Positions 24,178 to 34,690 of a DNA stretch of 64,000 nt are shown here, in pieces. Position numbers and translations under genes: made by a program. The stretch's first letter is position 1. Each line of letters starts with the position of its first letter. Origin of the DNA: Vitrella brassicaformis CCMP3155 (lineage: Eukaryota > Protista > Chromerida); the NCBI GenBank assembly GCA_001179505.1, contig CDMY01000447.1:124001-188000 (forward strand), written 5' to 3'. The notes beneath the pieces are model-generated. The model was not told the origin of the DNA, did not search any database, and was given only the letters and a program-made list of their open reading frames with translations.

Positions 24178-24762
24178 ATGGTCCGCATCACACGTCCCGA
24201 AACGCCTGTGCCGCCAGGCACCGGCAAGGGGAAGGGCAAGGGCAAGGGCAAGGGAGGCTTCGTCACCAAACGACACACTGTGCCACGCGACACCATTCTA
24301 GGTAGGTGACAGACGGACAGCTAGATGTGCACACAAGAATCAACACATCCAAATGGTCGCATTTGACTCTTGTGTGTGTTCGGTTGACAGGCATCACGAA
24401 GCCAGCGATTCGTCGCCTGGCACGCCGGGGCGGCGTCAAGCGGATCTCGGCGCTCTGCTATGACGAAATCCGCGCGACGCTCAAAAATGTAAGGCAGCGC
24501 CCGCAGGCAGTGGAGGTTCACTCACTGGGGTGTGTGTGTGTGTGTGTCAGTTCCTGGAGAATGTCATCAAGGATGCCGTCCTGTACACCGAATACGGCAA
24601 CCGGAAGACCGTCACTGCTGTGGTCAGACAGAGAGAAAGACACAGGGGATGCAGCTCACTTCGCTGTGTTCTGTTCCGTGTCGTTTCTCACTCTTCCCAC
24701 TGCAGGATGTGTTGTATGCCCTCAAGCGCCGCGGCAGGACGCTCTACGGCTACGCTGACTGA
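24178..24762 (+). CDS. Divergent histone H4 variant, 4 exons (24178-24301, 24391-24488, 24551-24622, 24706-24762)
   Basis: Spliced product: [116 protein letters not shown]. The H4 core [20 protein letters not shown] is unmistakable and all three introns are GT-AG and frame-preserving. AATAAA at ~24895-24900. Confidence 0.95.
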
Positions 24763-25233
24763 TCAATGGGAGCCGGTGCACACATCAGGATACGCAGCCT
24801 GTTAGCTTAGAGGGAGTGGGGATGGGTGAGGGAGGGGGGGAGGGAGGCATAAACGAAGTGCTGGCGGCAGAGACCAGACAGACACCCGCTGTGGAATAAA
24901 GGGGCGGTGTTGCCCTTTTTACTTGTGTATTTGCCTATAGGATGGATGGGTGGGTGGCTGGGACTGGGGCTTGTATGTAGTGGTCGACGTAAGGACGTAC
25001 ATTACGTTACGTACTCGTGTACCCGATGACATTGTCTCCCTGCCTTCTTTGCTCCGCTTTGTGTGCTTGCCCGGCAGCTTGTGACTGAGTGAGAAAATGC
25101 CATGTACAATAGCTTGCCGGCCGGTGAATCGTGGACTGGACGTGCCAATGTGAAAATGATCTGAAGACTCGTACTTCGCATGAATGTCCGTGAACTGAAA
25201 TTGCGATGATTTTGTCCGAGTGCATAAATCGTC

Positions 25234-26983
25234 ATTTGGTGTATCGTTTGAGGTTTCTTGCGAGGTCATGCAGAACATCAGGGTGCGGCTGCAGGGTGGC
25301 CAGCATCCTGCGCCACTCATCACACTCACACACTTGACTGTACCAACACAACCACACAACCACACACACACACGCAGATTCATGTCATGTGCCGTGTGGG
25401 TGTTTTGTATCATTCTGTGTATACCCAGGGGTCCGTTCGAATCTGGCCATGAGACAGGGCAGCGCGCGGCAGTCCTCCCACGGCCCCCTCTCCTCCAACA
25501 CCATCGACCGCTCTATCGCATCCTCCCGGTGAAATCCGCCGTCAGCCTCTTGTGCAGCAGCACTCTCGGCCTCGTCGGCGATTGGCAGCGGAGTCCTCTT
25601 GGGAAGGAGGTCAGAGTGCGGCGGCTGCGTGAACAGGAGGGGCAGCTCGATGGTGAAGATCTCCTGCAGCTCCTGCACGAACAACAGGTCGTCCTCGACA
25701 CTCCGCAGGTCCGCACTCAGCGTCTCGAAGGCCGCCTCCCTCTGCTCAGCAAGGAAGGCCTCACGCAGCCGCTTGGGCAACGTCTCCTGCACACGCGCAC
25801 ACAACGTCGAAGAGACGGGTGGTGCTGATGAGACGGGCCAGCACTGAGCTCACTTACTTCAACTGCTCGGTCGGCAATGGATGTCTGTCGTGGGCCGCCA
25901 GGCGGCCTCGATGGCAGCCCGAACACCTCTGGGGGCGGCTCCTTGCGGCAGTGGCAGAGTGCGTTGAGGACGCCCAGTTGTGTGCGTGTTGCGGTGAGGT
26001 GCCTGTCGGCCTGGTAGAGCATCCTCTTGTCGAAGAACAGCACTGCCAGGTGGTAGTAGAGCGACAGCTCTTCCGTGAAGGACTTCTGCTTCCTCGCCAT
26101 GCGGGCCGTCAGGTCCTTCTCCTCTTCTCTGTGATGGTTTGTCTGCCAGGGAAGGGAAGAAAGAGCTCGTGAGACACCCATCCCATCGCGAGTACGTATT
26201 TCTCCGTGTGGTGTGGTGTGGTGTCTGTCTCCCTACCAGTCGATGGATAACGGTGAGATTGTGACGGGCACAGCCCTCAGGAAGGCCTGCACAACCATCG
26301 GAAAACACCTGCTGATTGATGTTGTGTGTTCTGCAGGCCAGCCATACCCACCCCTGTCTCTTAGAAGGTCACACGCCAGCTGCGCCTGTTGCCTCGCCCA
26401 CTCAGCCTTGCCCTCATCCCTATGCACACGCCAAGTAACCGGCCAGCCATCAGATCCGCTCGACACAGCGTCCGCCTTCCTTACCAGTATCGAACAGAGA
26501 GGTTGAAGTACGCCAGCACACGAGTGATGAACGCCTTGCACAGCCGCTCGACCTCAGAAACGACAGGACGTGAGACGGCCAGAGCCGCGTAGCGACCCCT
26601 TTGCGCTTCTCGGGCCAGTGTCGTCGCGGTCTCATCACGCGGACGCAATCTGATCGGAGGGATCTCACGTCACCCACATCCCAGCCACGGGCACGCCAAC
26701 TGTCGTCTCTTCACCTCTTTGCCTCCCGGAACTCCTTCTCTGCGAGGCGCCACAACTTGGCCTCTCCCTCCGCCGATGAGGGCTCCTCTGCGTCCTCCCC
26801 CAAGCCTTCCTCGTCCCCTCCCTGGACCTGCCATTGCCTTTCTTCCTCTTGGCGTCTCCGGCTCGAGTTGATCTGCCGGAAGTACGACTTGCCGAGCTTT
26901 AAGTGGAGATCGAAGTACTCGCCTGTGGTTGGCGCAAAGGCCTTGCGGCTTGGACCGCCGGCGGCTGTCGCTTTCTTCATCAT
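25234..26983 (-). CDS. Hypothetical helical (TPR-like) protein, multi-exon; boundaries approximate
   Basis: Coding-like exons MMKKATAAGG...EKEFREAKR, EVERLCKAFITRVLAYFNLSVRYW, SFTEELSLYYHLAVLFFDKRMLYQADRHL and ETLPKRLREAFLAEQREAAFETLSADL, separated by GT-AG introns. No family recognised. Confidence 0.6.
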
Positions 26984-27045
26984 TCAAGTTGAGCGAGGAG
27001 TCCAAAGCCGCTCCTGTGTTCGTGCGAGACGGGGGGGGGGGGGGG

Positions 27046-27345
27046 NNNNNNNNNNNNNNNNNNNNNNNNNNNNNNNNNNNNNNNNNNNNNNNNNNNNNNN
27101 NNNNNNNNNNNNNNNNNNNNNNNNNNNNNNNNNNNNNNNNNNNNNNNNNNNNNNNNNNNNNNNNNNNNNNNNNNNNNNNNNNNNNNNNNNNNNNNNNNNN
27201 NNNNNNNNNNNNNNNNNNNNNNNNNNNNNNNNNNNNNNNNNNNNNNNNNNNNNNNNNNNNNNNNNNNNNNNNNNNNNNNNNNNNNNNNNNNNNNNNNNNN
27301 NNNNNNNNNNNNNNNNNNNNNNNNNNNNNNNNNNNNNNNNNNNNN
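27046..27345. other. Assembly gap (300 N) flanked on both sides by G homopolymers
   Basis: G15 at 27031-27045 and G24 at 27346-27369. Confidence 0.98.
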
Positions 27346-27463
27346 GGGGGGGGGGGGGGGGGGGGGGGGCGTCTTGCATGCGGCCCCCAGCGTTTTCTCT
27401 CCTTTCTGCGGTGAGCCGGCGTCTCGTGTGAGGCAGGTCGACCAGAGGCGGTTACCTTTGTGT

Positions 27464-28177
27464 ATGGACGCCGGAGGTGAGATTGCAATGGCGTCACCCG
27501 AGTATGAGGCGGAGAAGGCCATGGTGGAACAGCTGTGGAGCCGGCGGGATGCCCTGCTGTCGTCGTTATCGGCCCAGGACCCGTCAAGGCACGGATTCAT
27601 CGCACGCACTGTAAGGACCAGTGAGCGAACAAAGGAAACCTGACAGCGCGTTTGTTCCTCTCCCTCTGTCCGCCTTCCGTGTGCAGGCACTTCTCCGGAT
27701 ATTGCGGGGACTCGTGGGGCACGGAGTCATCCAAGAGGAGCTGCTCAGAGATGTGATCCGAGCCGACACACTGTAGCTAATGTTCTTATCATGCCTCGCG
27801 TCTGCGATATGTGATGCCTGCAGGTTCTGGCTGCCTGTGCAGTGCGCCCTGCAGGTATGTACAGCCCTCATCGTTGCGACGGGACGTCCGCCTTGGTTGT
27901 TTGTGTGCGAGCAGCTGGCGCGCACGGAAGGACCAGGCCAGATGCCATTAACTATCGCGCGTTTGTGCGGGTCATAGAGACGGCACATCATCACATCCGA
28001 GAGGGCGACCGTCATTTGTGCTCTCTTCAAGGGCCCCACGGCTCGGCCCCCAGGACGACATTGCAATCAGTGCCTCAGCCGGCAGCAGAGGGGAGGAGAG
28101 TGCAGCAGAAGAGGGATCATGAGCCGCCCGTCTGTGCCCTCACGTCTTCTAGCTCAACCGTGTCTGATGGTCAGTAA
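27464..28177 (+). CDS. Small hypothetical spliced protein, possibly EF-hand-like; may be joined to the downstream low-complexity ORFs
   Basis: MDAGGEIAMASPEYEAEKAMVEQLWSRRDALL..., GVIQEELLRD|VLAACAVRPA|AGAHGRTRPDAINYRAFVRVIE. The splice path is inferred by eye and is ambiguous. Confidence 0.4.
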
Positions 28178-28280
28178 GCAGTCAGAAGACTCGCTCTCGT
28201 CTTATGGCTCTGTCAACCCTCCCTTGTCCGGTGAAGGGCTGCAGGCAGCGGGCACTCACTTGTAAGACAACCCGCGTCAG

Positions 28281-29956
28281 GTGGGCCCTCAGGCGTCGAA
28301 TGAAGCTTTTTCGGCTCCCCGGCCTTCCCCTCGCCCCCTCTTCTCTGGCACTCCGTCATTCGACCCCCTCCCCGGTCTGCCCTTCTCCCTCGCCGGACCA
28401 CCGGAAGCCGACAAATCGAGACGCAAGGAAGAGAGAGCCAGGAGTGATGCCAGAAGAGAGAATGGTGTCACAAAGGAGGAGGCAGGAAGAGAACATGCGA
28501 GGAAAGGTAATCGCTTTCAGCGTGAGGAAGCCCCTGTTAAGCCCCAGCGATGGGCGCCTGAGAACAAGGAGGACGGTACGAGAACGGACAAACCATCAAC
28601 AAGGAGAGAGGCCAGTCCAGTGGCAGAGCGCTTCCAGCGGCTGCTCAACGCCGCAGACGGCCTGGAGAAGAGACCCGCGAGAGACACCGCCCGTGACAAC
28701 TACTGTCTTCGTGCCCCCAGCACTGCAACCTCTGCCACCAAGGCCCCCTCAAGCGCGTGGAGCTCCTCTGCATCCGTGCCGTCGAGGGACGGCAATCGCG
28801 AGGCCGAGCGCCCTCGTGAAGCCGACACGAAGGTCCTGTGGATCGATAAGCTCTTGGACGAGGGAAAGGTCAGCAGGAGGCGGGACACACAAGTGGCGCA
28901 GGACACGACTGGTGCCACTCCGCTGCCGAGGTATGTGAAATCTCCGCTCAGTTTCCAATCCTTCTTATGATCCCTCTGTTGGCCATGCGCAGGGCACGGA
29001 AGAATAAGTGCGAAAGCCACGTGTCTGCATCCTCGGCGGATGTCGATTCTATCGCGTCATCCGAGCTCATAGTCAGCCCAACAAACCCACTGCCCAAGTG
29101 GCCTCGGGCTCGACTCACCAAAGCAGCTCCAAAAACGGCTCCAAAAGGCGCTGGCCATGTCAAATCGAGACACAAGGCAGAAAAGAGCCCCAAGAAGGCC
29201 GAGAAAATGCCAGAGAGCTTTCCGTCGAGAAGACAGCTGCGTGCTGCTGGCGTGAAGGGCATGTACCTGGTGATGAGCAAGGGTCTGAGACGGCAGCTGC
29301 GGCAGTCCATGTCCCAGTGGATAAATCATGTCTCCTCCGCCAGCGAGACACCGTCCTCGGACGATACGATTGCCACCTTTCTGGCTCACTCAGCGACGGC
29401 TGGAGCCTCACCGAAGGAGGATGAGAGACTGAATGCGGAAGAGGCCCTGTCGCTTTGCCAACAGGCAACGGCAACGTGTTCTATCGTGTGGCTGACCCGT
29501 ACGGCTGCCCAGCGGCAGGAAAGAATCGCATTCATGAGAATCAAGGCCAACAGATGGACCAGGAATACAGCCACCCAGACGTGCCGCAGGAGCCTCGAAA
29601 CGGAGAAAGACGAGATGGGCAGTCGTGTGGTGCGAGGAGTTCTGCCATTGACGACCGCCGCGAGCAAGCCATCTGGAAGGCACGCGCGAGGCACCGGCAG
29701 CGGCGGGGCCTGTTCGCTGTGGGATGAGAAGCCGACCCCTAGATTCGCGGACGAAAGGCCCAGCCAGAGTGCCTCTTCGACCGAGACACAGCACCATCAC
29801 AGCCACTACCACTTCCACACGCCGGCTGGGTGCATCCGAAGGGGCGGTACATCGACTGCCTCGTCATCTTCTTCCTTGCAGGTGCGTGCGGGTCAAGTGA
29901 GGGAGCTGCTGGAGACGCTGCACAGGATCTCTGCTGTTCTGGGGGATGATGCATGA
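28281..29956 (+). CDS. Hypothetical low-complexity S/R/K/A-rich protein (ORFs 28281..28970 and 28967..29956, probably joined by a short intron near 28931-28992)
   Basis: Two long abutting ORFs with no microsatellites and a plausible gtatgt...gcag intron between them. No domain recognised. Confidence 0.5.
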
Positions 29957-30130
29957 GCGGGAACATGATCGGGTTCACTGCAGTGACAAAGACGCCTTGT
30001 GTGTTCATGAGGACGCCCGAATGAATGAATGAGTGAATGGTTGTTATAAGGGCGTGTTTGTGTGAGTGGTCGATCTGCACTGGCTGGCCACCTGGGGATG
30101 GGCGGTATGTACGTATGGAGTCATGGTGCA

Positions 30131-30182
<52 letters not shown>
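30131..30182 (+). repeat. Perfect (GCAC)13 microsatellite
   Basis: Direct reading of the sequence. It lies ~370 nt upstream of the TMEM65-GAF ATG. Confidence 0.95.
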
Positions 30183-30185
<3 letters not shown>

Positions 30186-30552
30186 TGCACGCCGCCTTCA
30201 GGCTGCTGGGGTGGCGTGTGTGCGACGTTGTGGTGCCTGCTCGAATGTTGCCGTCGTTCGCAGCGCATTGCATATCCACCTGTTTGCTGCCTCTGCCCTC
30301 TGCGTACTGCGTGTTGCGTGTCCATGTTGCATGTTAGGGTGCGTGTTTTCATGTTGGACACACAGGGGACTTGGCCGTCAGGCCGCCTAGGGCGCTCCAT
30401 GAAACCGTTGCTGCGGGAAACCGCTGCTTCGCGGAAAACGGCACGTACACAGAAGCTGCATTTGTACGAGGAGTAGCAGCTCTCGTAGCGTGGCGGCGAC
30501 CGCTGGCTTCTCCTTGCTCCCCATCTCCTTCTTGCCTTGGTGAGGCGAGAGG

Positions 30553-33532
30553 ATGCACCCAGGTGTATCTTCCCTCACACGCCTCGTCCGCGCAAGAATC
30601 ATAAAACAGCCTCCACGCAGCTTCCACCGGCCAGGCATCCATCGCCTCATCCCGCAGGCAGCGCGCCAGCTCACCAACAACAAGACCGACATGAACAGCA
30701 GCACAGACAGCAGCAAGGACAGCGGCGATTCTGCGACCACTGCCACATCCACAGCCACAGCCACAGACACCGGCAGCACGGCAGTGCCAGTGCCACCCAC
30801 ACCACCCACAGACGTGAGGGAGGAGACTCTGCTGTCGGGGCTGGTCGGCATGTACAGGAAGCTGGGAGCAAGCCAGGGGAGGTCGGCGTACCTCATGGCC
30901 GACGGCAGCGGGCGGGTGGACGGAGCCAAGGTCCTCAATGAGCTGGCCACTACGGTGGGAGAGGATGAGAAAATCGCAGCCGAGTTCGCCAAGACCATCG
31001 ACAGGTAGGTAAAACTCCACGCAGGCAAACACATGCAAGCCTAGCAGGCGGGAGGACACGTCCTCATGTCATGTGATGTGTTGGACTGTCTGCTCTGTTT
31101 GTCGCGTATCGTATCGTCCTCCAGCGATACCCTCGGCCGCATTGAAGAGGCAACCAAGGACGAGCAGCATGTGAGCGTGCCCGACCCAGGTCCGCTGCAG
31201 CTGTGGCTGCTGGCCTTCTCTTTCGCCGTGTCGTACGCTGGCTTTGGCTTCGTTGACAACTTCGTCATGATCGCTGCGGGCGACGTGGTGAGTGGAGTGG
31301 AAGGGGTCGCGTCACCTTACCCAACCAGCCAGCCGTCATACACACACATGCGTCCTACCGACCATCTTTCCCTTTCTGCCCGCTGTCCTTGTCCGTCTGT
31401 GGTCAGTTCGATGCCACTCTGTGCGTGTACATGGGCTTGACGACGCTTGCTGCCGCCGGTCTGGGCAACCTCCTGAGCGACCTGCTGGGGCTGCTCATCA
31501 AGGGCATCATCGAGGACCTCGGTGGGCGAGTGGGCGTGCCGGACGCACGGCTCAGCCCCGCACAAATGGCCATGAGGAAGACCAAAATATGGTAAACAAA
31601 CAAACGTTCGAACGAGGACACACGAACGACATGCGTGGCATATGGGTACTTGCGTCTGTCTATTCGTTGGTTCTTCCTTCTTGTATGTGTGTGTGCAGGG
31701 GCAATGTGGGCAGCATGGTGGGCGTGACGGCCGGGTGTGTGCTGGGGATGTGCCCTTTGCTGTGGCTCGACACCGACGAGGCGGAGCGGCTCAAACACAA
31801 AAAGAAGAGAAACGAGCTCTTCGCCGTCGTGGTGAGCCAGCCAGCCAGCCAGACAGACAGCGACGCACAAAACAACCCCCACACACATATACAGGTTAAT
31901 TGCTGTGTCCTTGTGTGTCCATATATCTGTTCAGAATGAGGAGCTTGCGGCCGTGTTGGAGTCTGAGCAGGCGTCGATGTACCTGCTAGACCCGACGGGC
32001 ACCGAGGTTCAGACCAAGCACCAGCCGCACCTCCACGCCCACCGCCACCCGCCCCTCTCGGGCAGCAGCCGCACACAGCCCTCATACACTGACGCCACCG
32101 AAACCACCATGAACGTCGTCAGGGCTCCTGTTGTGGTGGAGAGGGAGCGAATCGAGCGGCTCATCAAGGACGAAACCGACAGAGGAGGTGACAGGAGGGG
32201 CGAGGGCGTGATGCCAGGGGGAGGGGGCGGGTGGTTTAAGGCCAGGAGGCGACCGCGACGGTCGACGGATCCCGACGAGGACGACATTCGGGTGCCGGTG
32301 AGCTGGGAAACAAACGGGGAGCAGACAGACAGACATGACAGAACGGGTGGATCGATGGATTGCTGGATGTGGGGTATGGTAGGTCTCCAAGCTGGACAAG
32401 GATGGTCTGGGCTACGTCCTGGCCACAAAGCAGGTAAGGCAACACACCACACCCTTGTTTGTTTACACGGCTACCATGGGAAATACTACACACGGTAGGT
32501 ATCTGACTGTGTGTGTTGCCATTTGTTCAGATGGTGAATCTGTCGGGCGACAAGGCGGCCCAGTGGATCTCCTACCCCCGGCTCATCCGGCACACCCCAG
32601 ACCTGCCCACACCTTCTCCACCCCCTCTGCCCAGGCATCACGCCACGCACCACCACTCACCGCCACACAAGAGACTCCGCATCCTCCCACACGTGCTCGA
32701 CCGACCGCCGCCCTCGCGAGCTGACGACAAGCATGCCTCAGAGGGGACACCCTCCCACACACACACGTCAGCAGCAGCTGCTGCCCCCGCCCCCTCTGCT
32801 AGCAGCAGCAGCTCTGCGACGGATGCAGGACGCCCGTCTGAGGGTTCGGCGAGTGCCGAGAAGGATAGAGAGAAGGATAAGGAGAGGAGTGGCGGCATGT
32901 CGCTGTTCCTGGCGTCGGACACGATGTACGAGAAGGACGCCATGGCCAAGACGGGCAAGCCCACCGAGCCAAAGTACGTCTTCACCTTCAGGAAAGTGAA
33001 GCCCCAGGGGGCGAGGGCGAGCCCCTATGCGGAAGGACTGGCGCCCAGACAGGTGCTATGCGCACCTCTCATCGGCACCAGGGTGGGTGACTTCCTGACA
33101 GACACACGCCAGCCACATAAGACAAGGCGACACATGTGTTGGATGTGTGTGTGTGGATGTCTGTGGGGTAGGGTGAGCTGATAGGGATGGTTGAGGTGCT
33201 GAACAAGGTCGGTGGGACGGGCTACACGGCGAGCGATGCGCGGGTGCTGCGGGCGGTATGCAGCCACCTGGCCATCCACCTCGAGGAGGCCAAGAACCAA
33301 CACGTACACCAAAGGCCAGAGGCGCTCAGGAAGGTCTTCTGGTGAGTGAGGACTTTGGGCAGATCTGCAGACCTTGTGGACGAATGTGTGTGTGTGTGTG
33401 TGTGTGTGGCACATCAGGATGTGTCGGGAGCACATGGCGGGTTCTCCCTCTCCCGCAGCGGCCAAGCAGGAGGGTCTGTCCTGGGGCAGCTACCTCAAGT
33501 CCTTCATATGGAGCAGCAGCAGCGGCAAATGA
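30553..33532 (+). CDS. TMEM65-domain membrane protein fused to a C-terminal GAF domain, with a putative mitochondrial presequence
   Basis: TMEM65 motifs GFGFVDNFVMIAAGD|QFDATL...TLAAAGLGNLLSDLLGL...GNVGSMVGVTAGCVLGMCPLLWL. GAF motifs ASMYLLD, GLGYVLATKQMVNL and VLCAPLIGTRGELIGMVEVLNKVGGTGYTASDARVLRAVCSHLAIHL. The N-terminus is Arg-rich and acid-free. Stop TGA at 33530-33532. Confidence 0.85.
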
Positions 33533-34690
33533 ATGAACCGACCATCCCTCCGTTTGTCCAGTGACGGAGGGACCGATGCGATGGATACAATTCAAGCAAG
33601 ACTCAGAGGGAGAAAAAAGGGGGAAGGGGGGAGGGGCGCCCGAGTGCCGCAAGACACATGGGGGTCAATGAATGTGGCAACCAAGCAGCGAGCGGGCAGA
33701 ATCCACGGCAATGTGGTCGTCGCCGTGTGTGTGGGTGAATGTGCGTGTGCGTACCTACTGGTAGGATTGCGTCTGTTCGTCTGCCTGTCTGTCTGTCTGT
33801 CTGTGTGTGTGTGGGCGTGTCGTCCTCTGTGCCTGTCTCCTTCATTCACTCTGCTGACTGCCTCCCGCTCATATGTCAGCTCACTGCCCTAAGGACATCT
33901 CACTGCTGTCTCTTCTCGCACTGTCCGCCTATCTGTCTGTCTGCCTGTCTCCTTACTCACTGCCTGTGACTCACTCACTCCACTCCCTGCCTGAGTGACT
34001 GACTCCTTCGCCATTTTTCTCTCCTTCCCCTGCTCACCTTGCTCACACGCAAGCAAGACCGACCATGGGACATGGATGGCATGTGCAGCTGTCCGAGCCA
34101 ATACACACCTGCGTGTGCTTGATGTGATGGCGGTGGTGTGGTGTGGTGCTGTGTGGGCGCTGCGTCCATACGTGCGTGTCTGTGGAGAGATGGATGGATG
34201 GACGGACGGCTGGCCTGGATGGGCAGTCCGGCCATGGGAGGGTTTTTCAGACGTCAATCTGTCTGCCTGCCTGCTTGCGTGTGTCCGGTCCCTCCCTCCC
34301 TGTATACTTAAGTATTCGCGTGGCGTGATCGCTGTGACAAGAGAGACCGTTTGTTCGGTTGGTTTCGATGTATCCGCCTCGCCTCGCCACGTGCCTTGTG
34401 GCTGCGGCGGCTGTCATGTGTAGATTCCTCCAACTGCAATGATTGCAATGCGACATCGTACATTCCATTGACACGCGTGAAGCGTTGGTGTTCACGAACA
34501 CACTACACCACACCACACCACGACAAGCTCAAGTAAAGCAGAACACGCCCTCACACAGAAGCCACTAGTTAGTGTACATCAGTCCTTCACCCCCCCTTTC
34601 GTCACACATTCACAGCCGCGCGGCCTACGATCACGATTTCATTCATTCAACCAGTGACCGCATCGCCTTGCATCGCCTTCCATGATTCAT

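Noticed and set aside
24919-25240. ORF segment GRQAIVHGIFSLSHKLPG with a faint MaoC/hot-dog resemblance
   Set aside because: A short, isolated similarity with no supportable start or splice context; it lies in the 3' region of the neighbouring gene.
26104-26113. Partial matches to the 23-nt element (ggccgtcagg here, gccgtcaggcc near 56831)
   Set aside because: Only 10-11 nt and inside coding sequence; expected by chance in GC-rich DNA.
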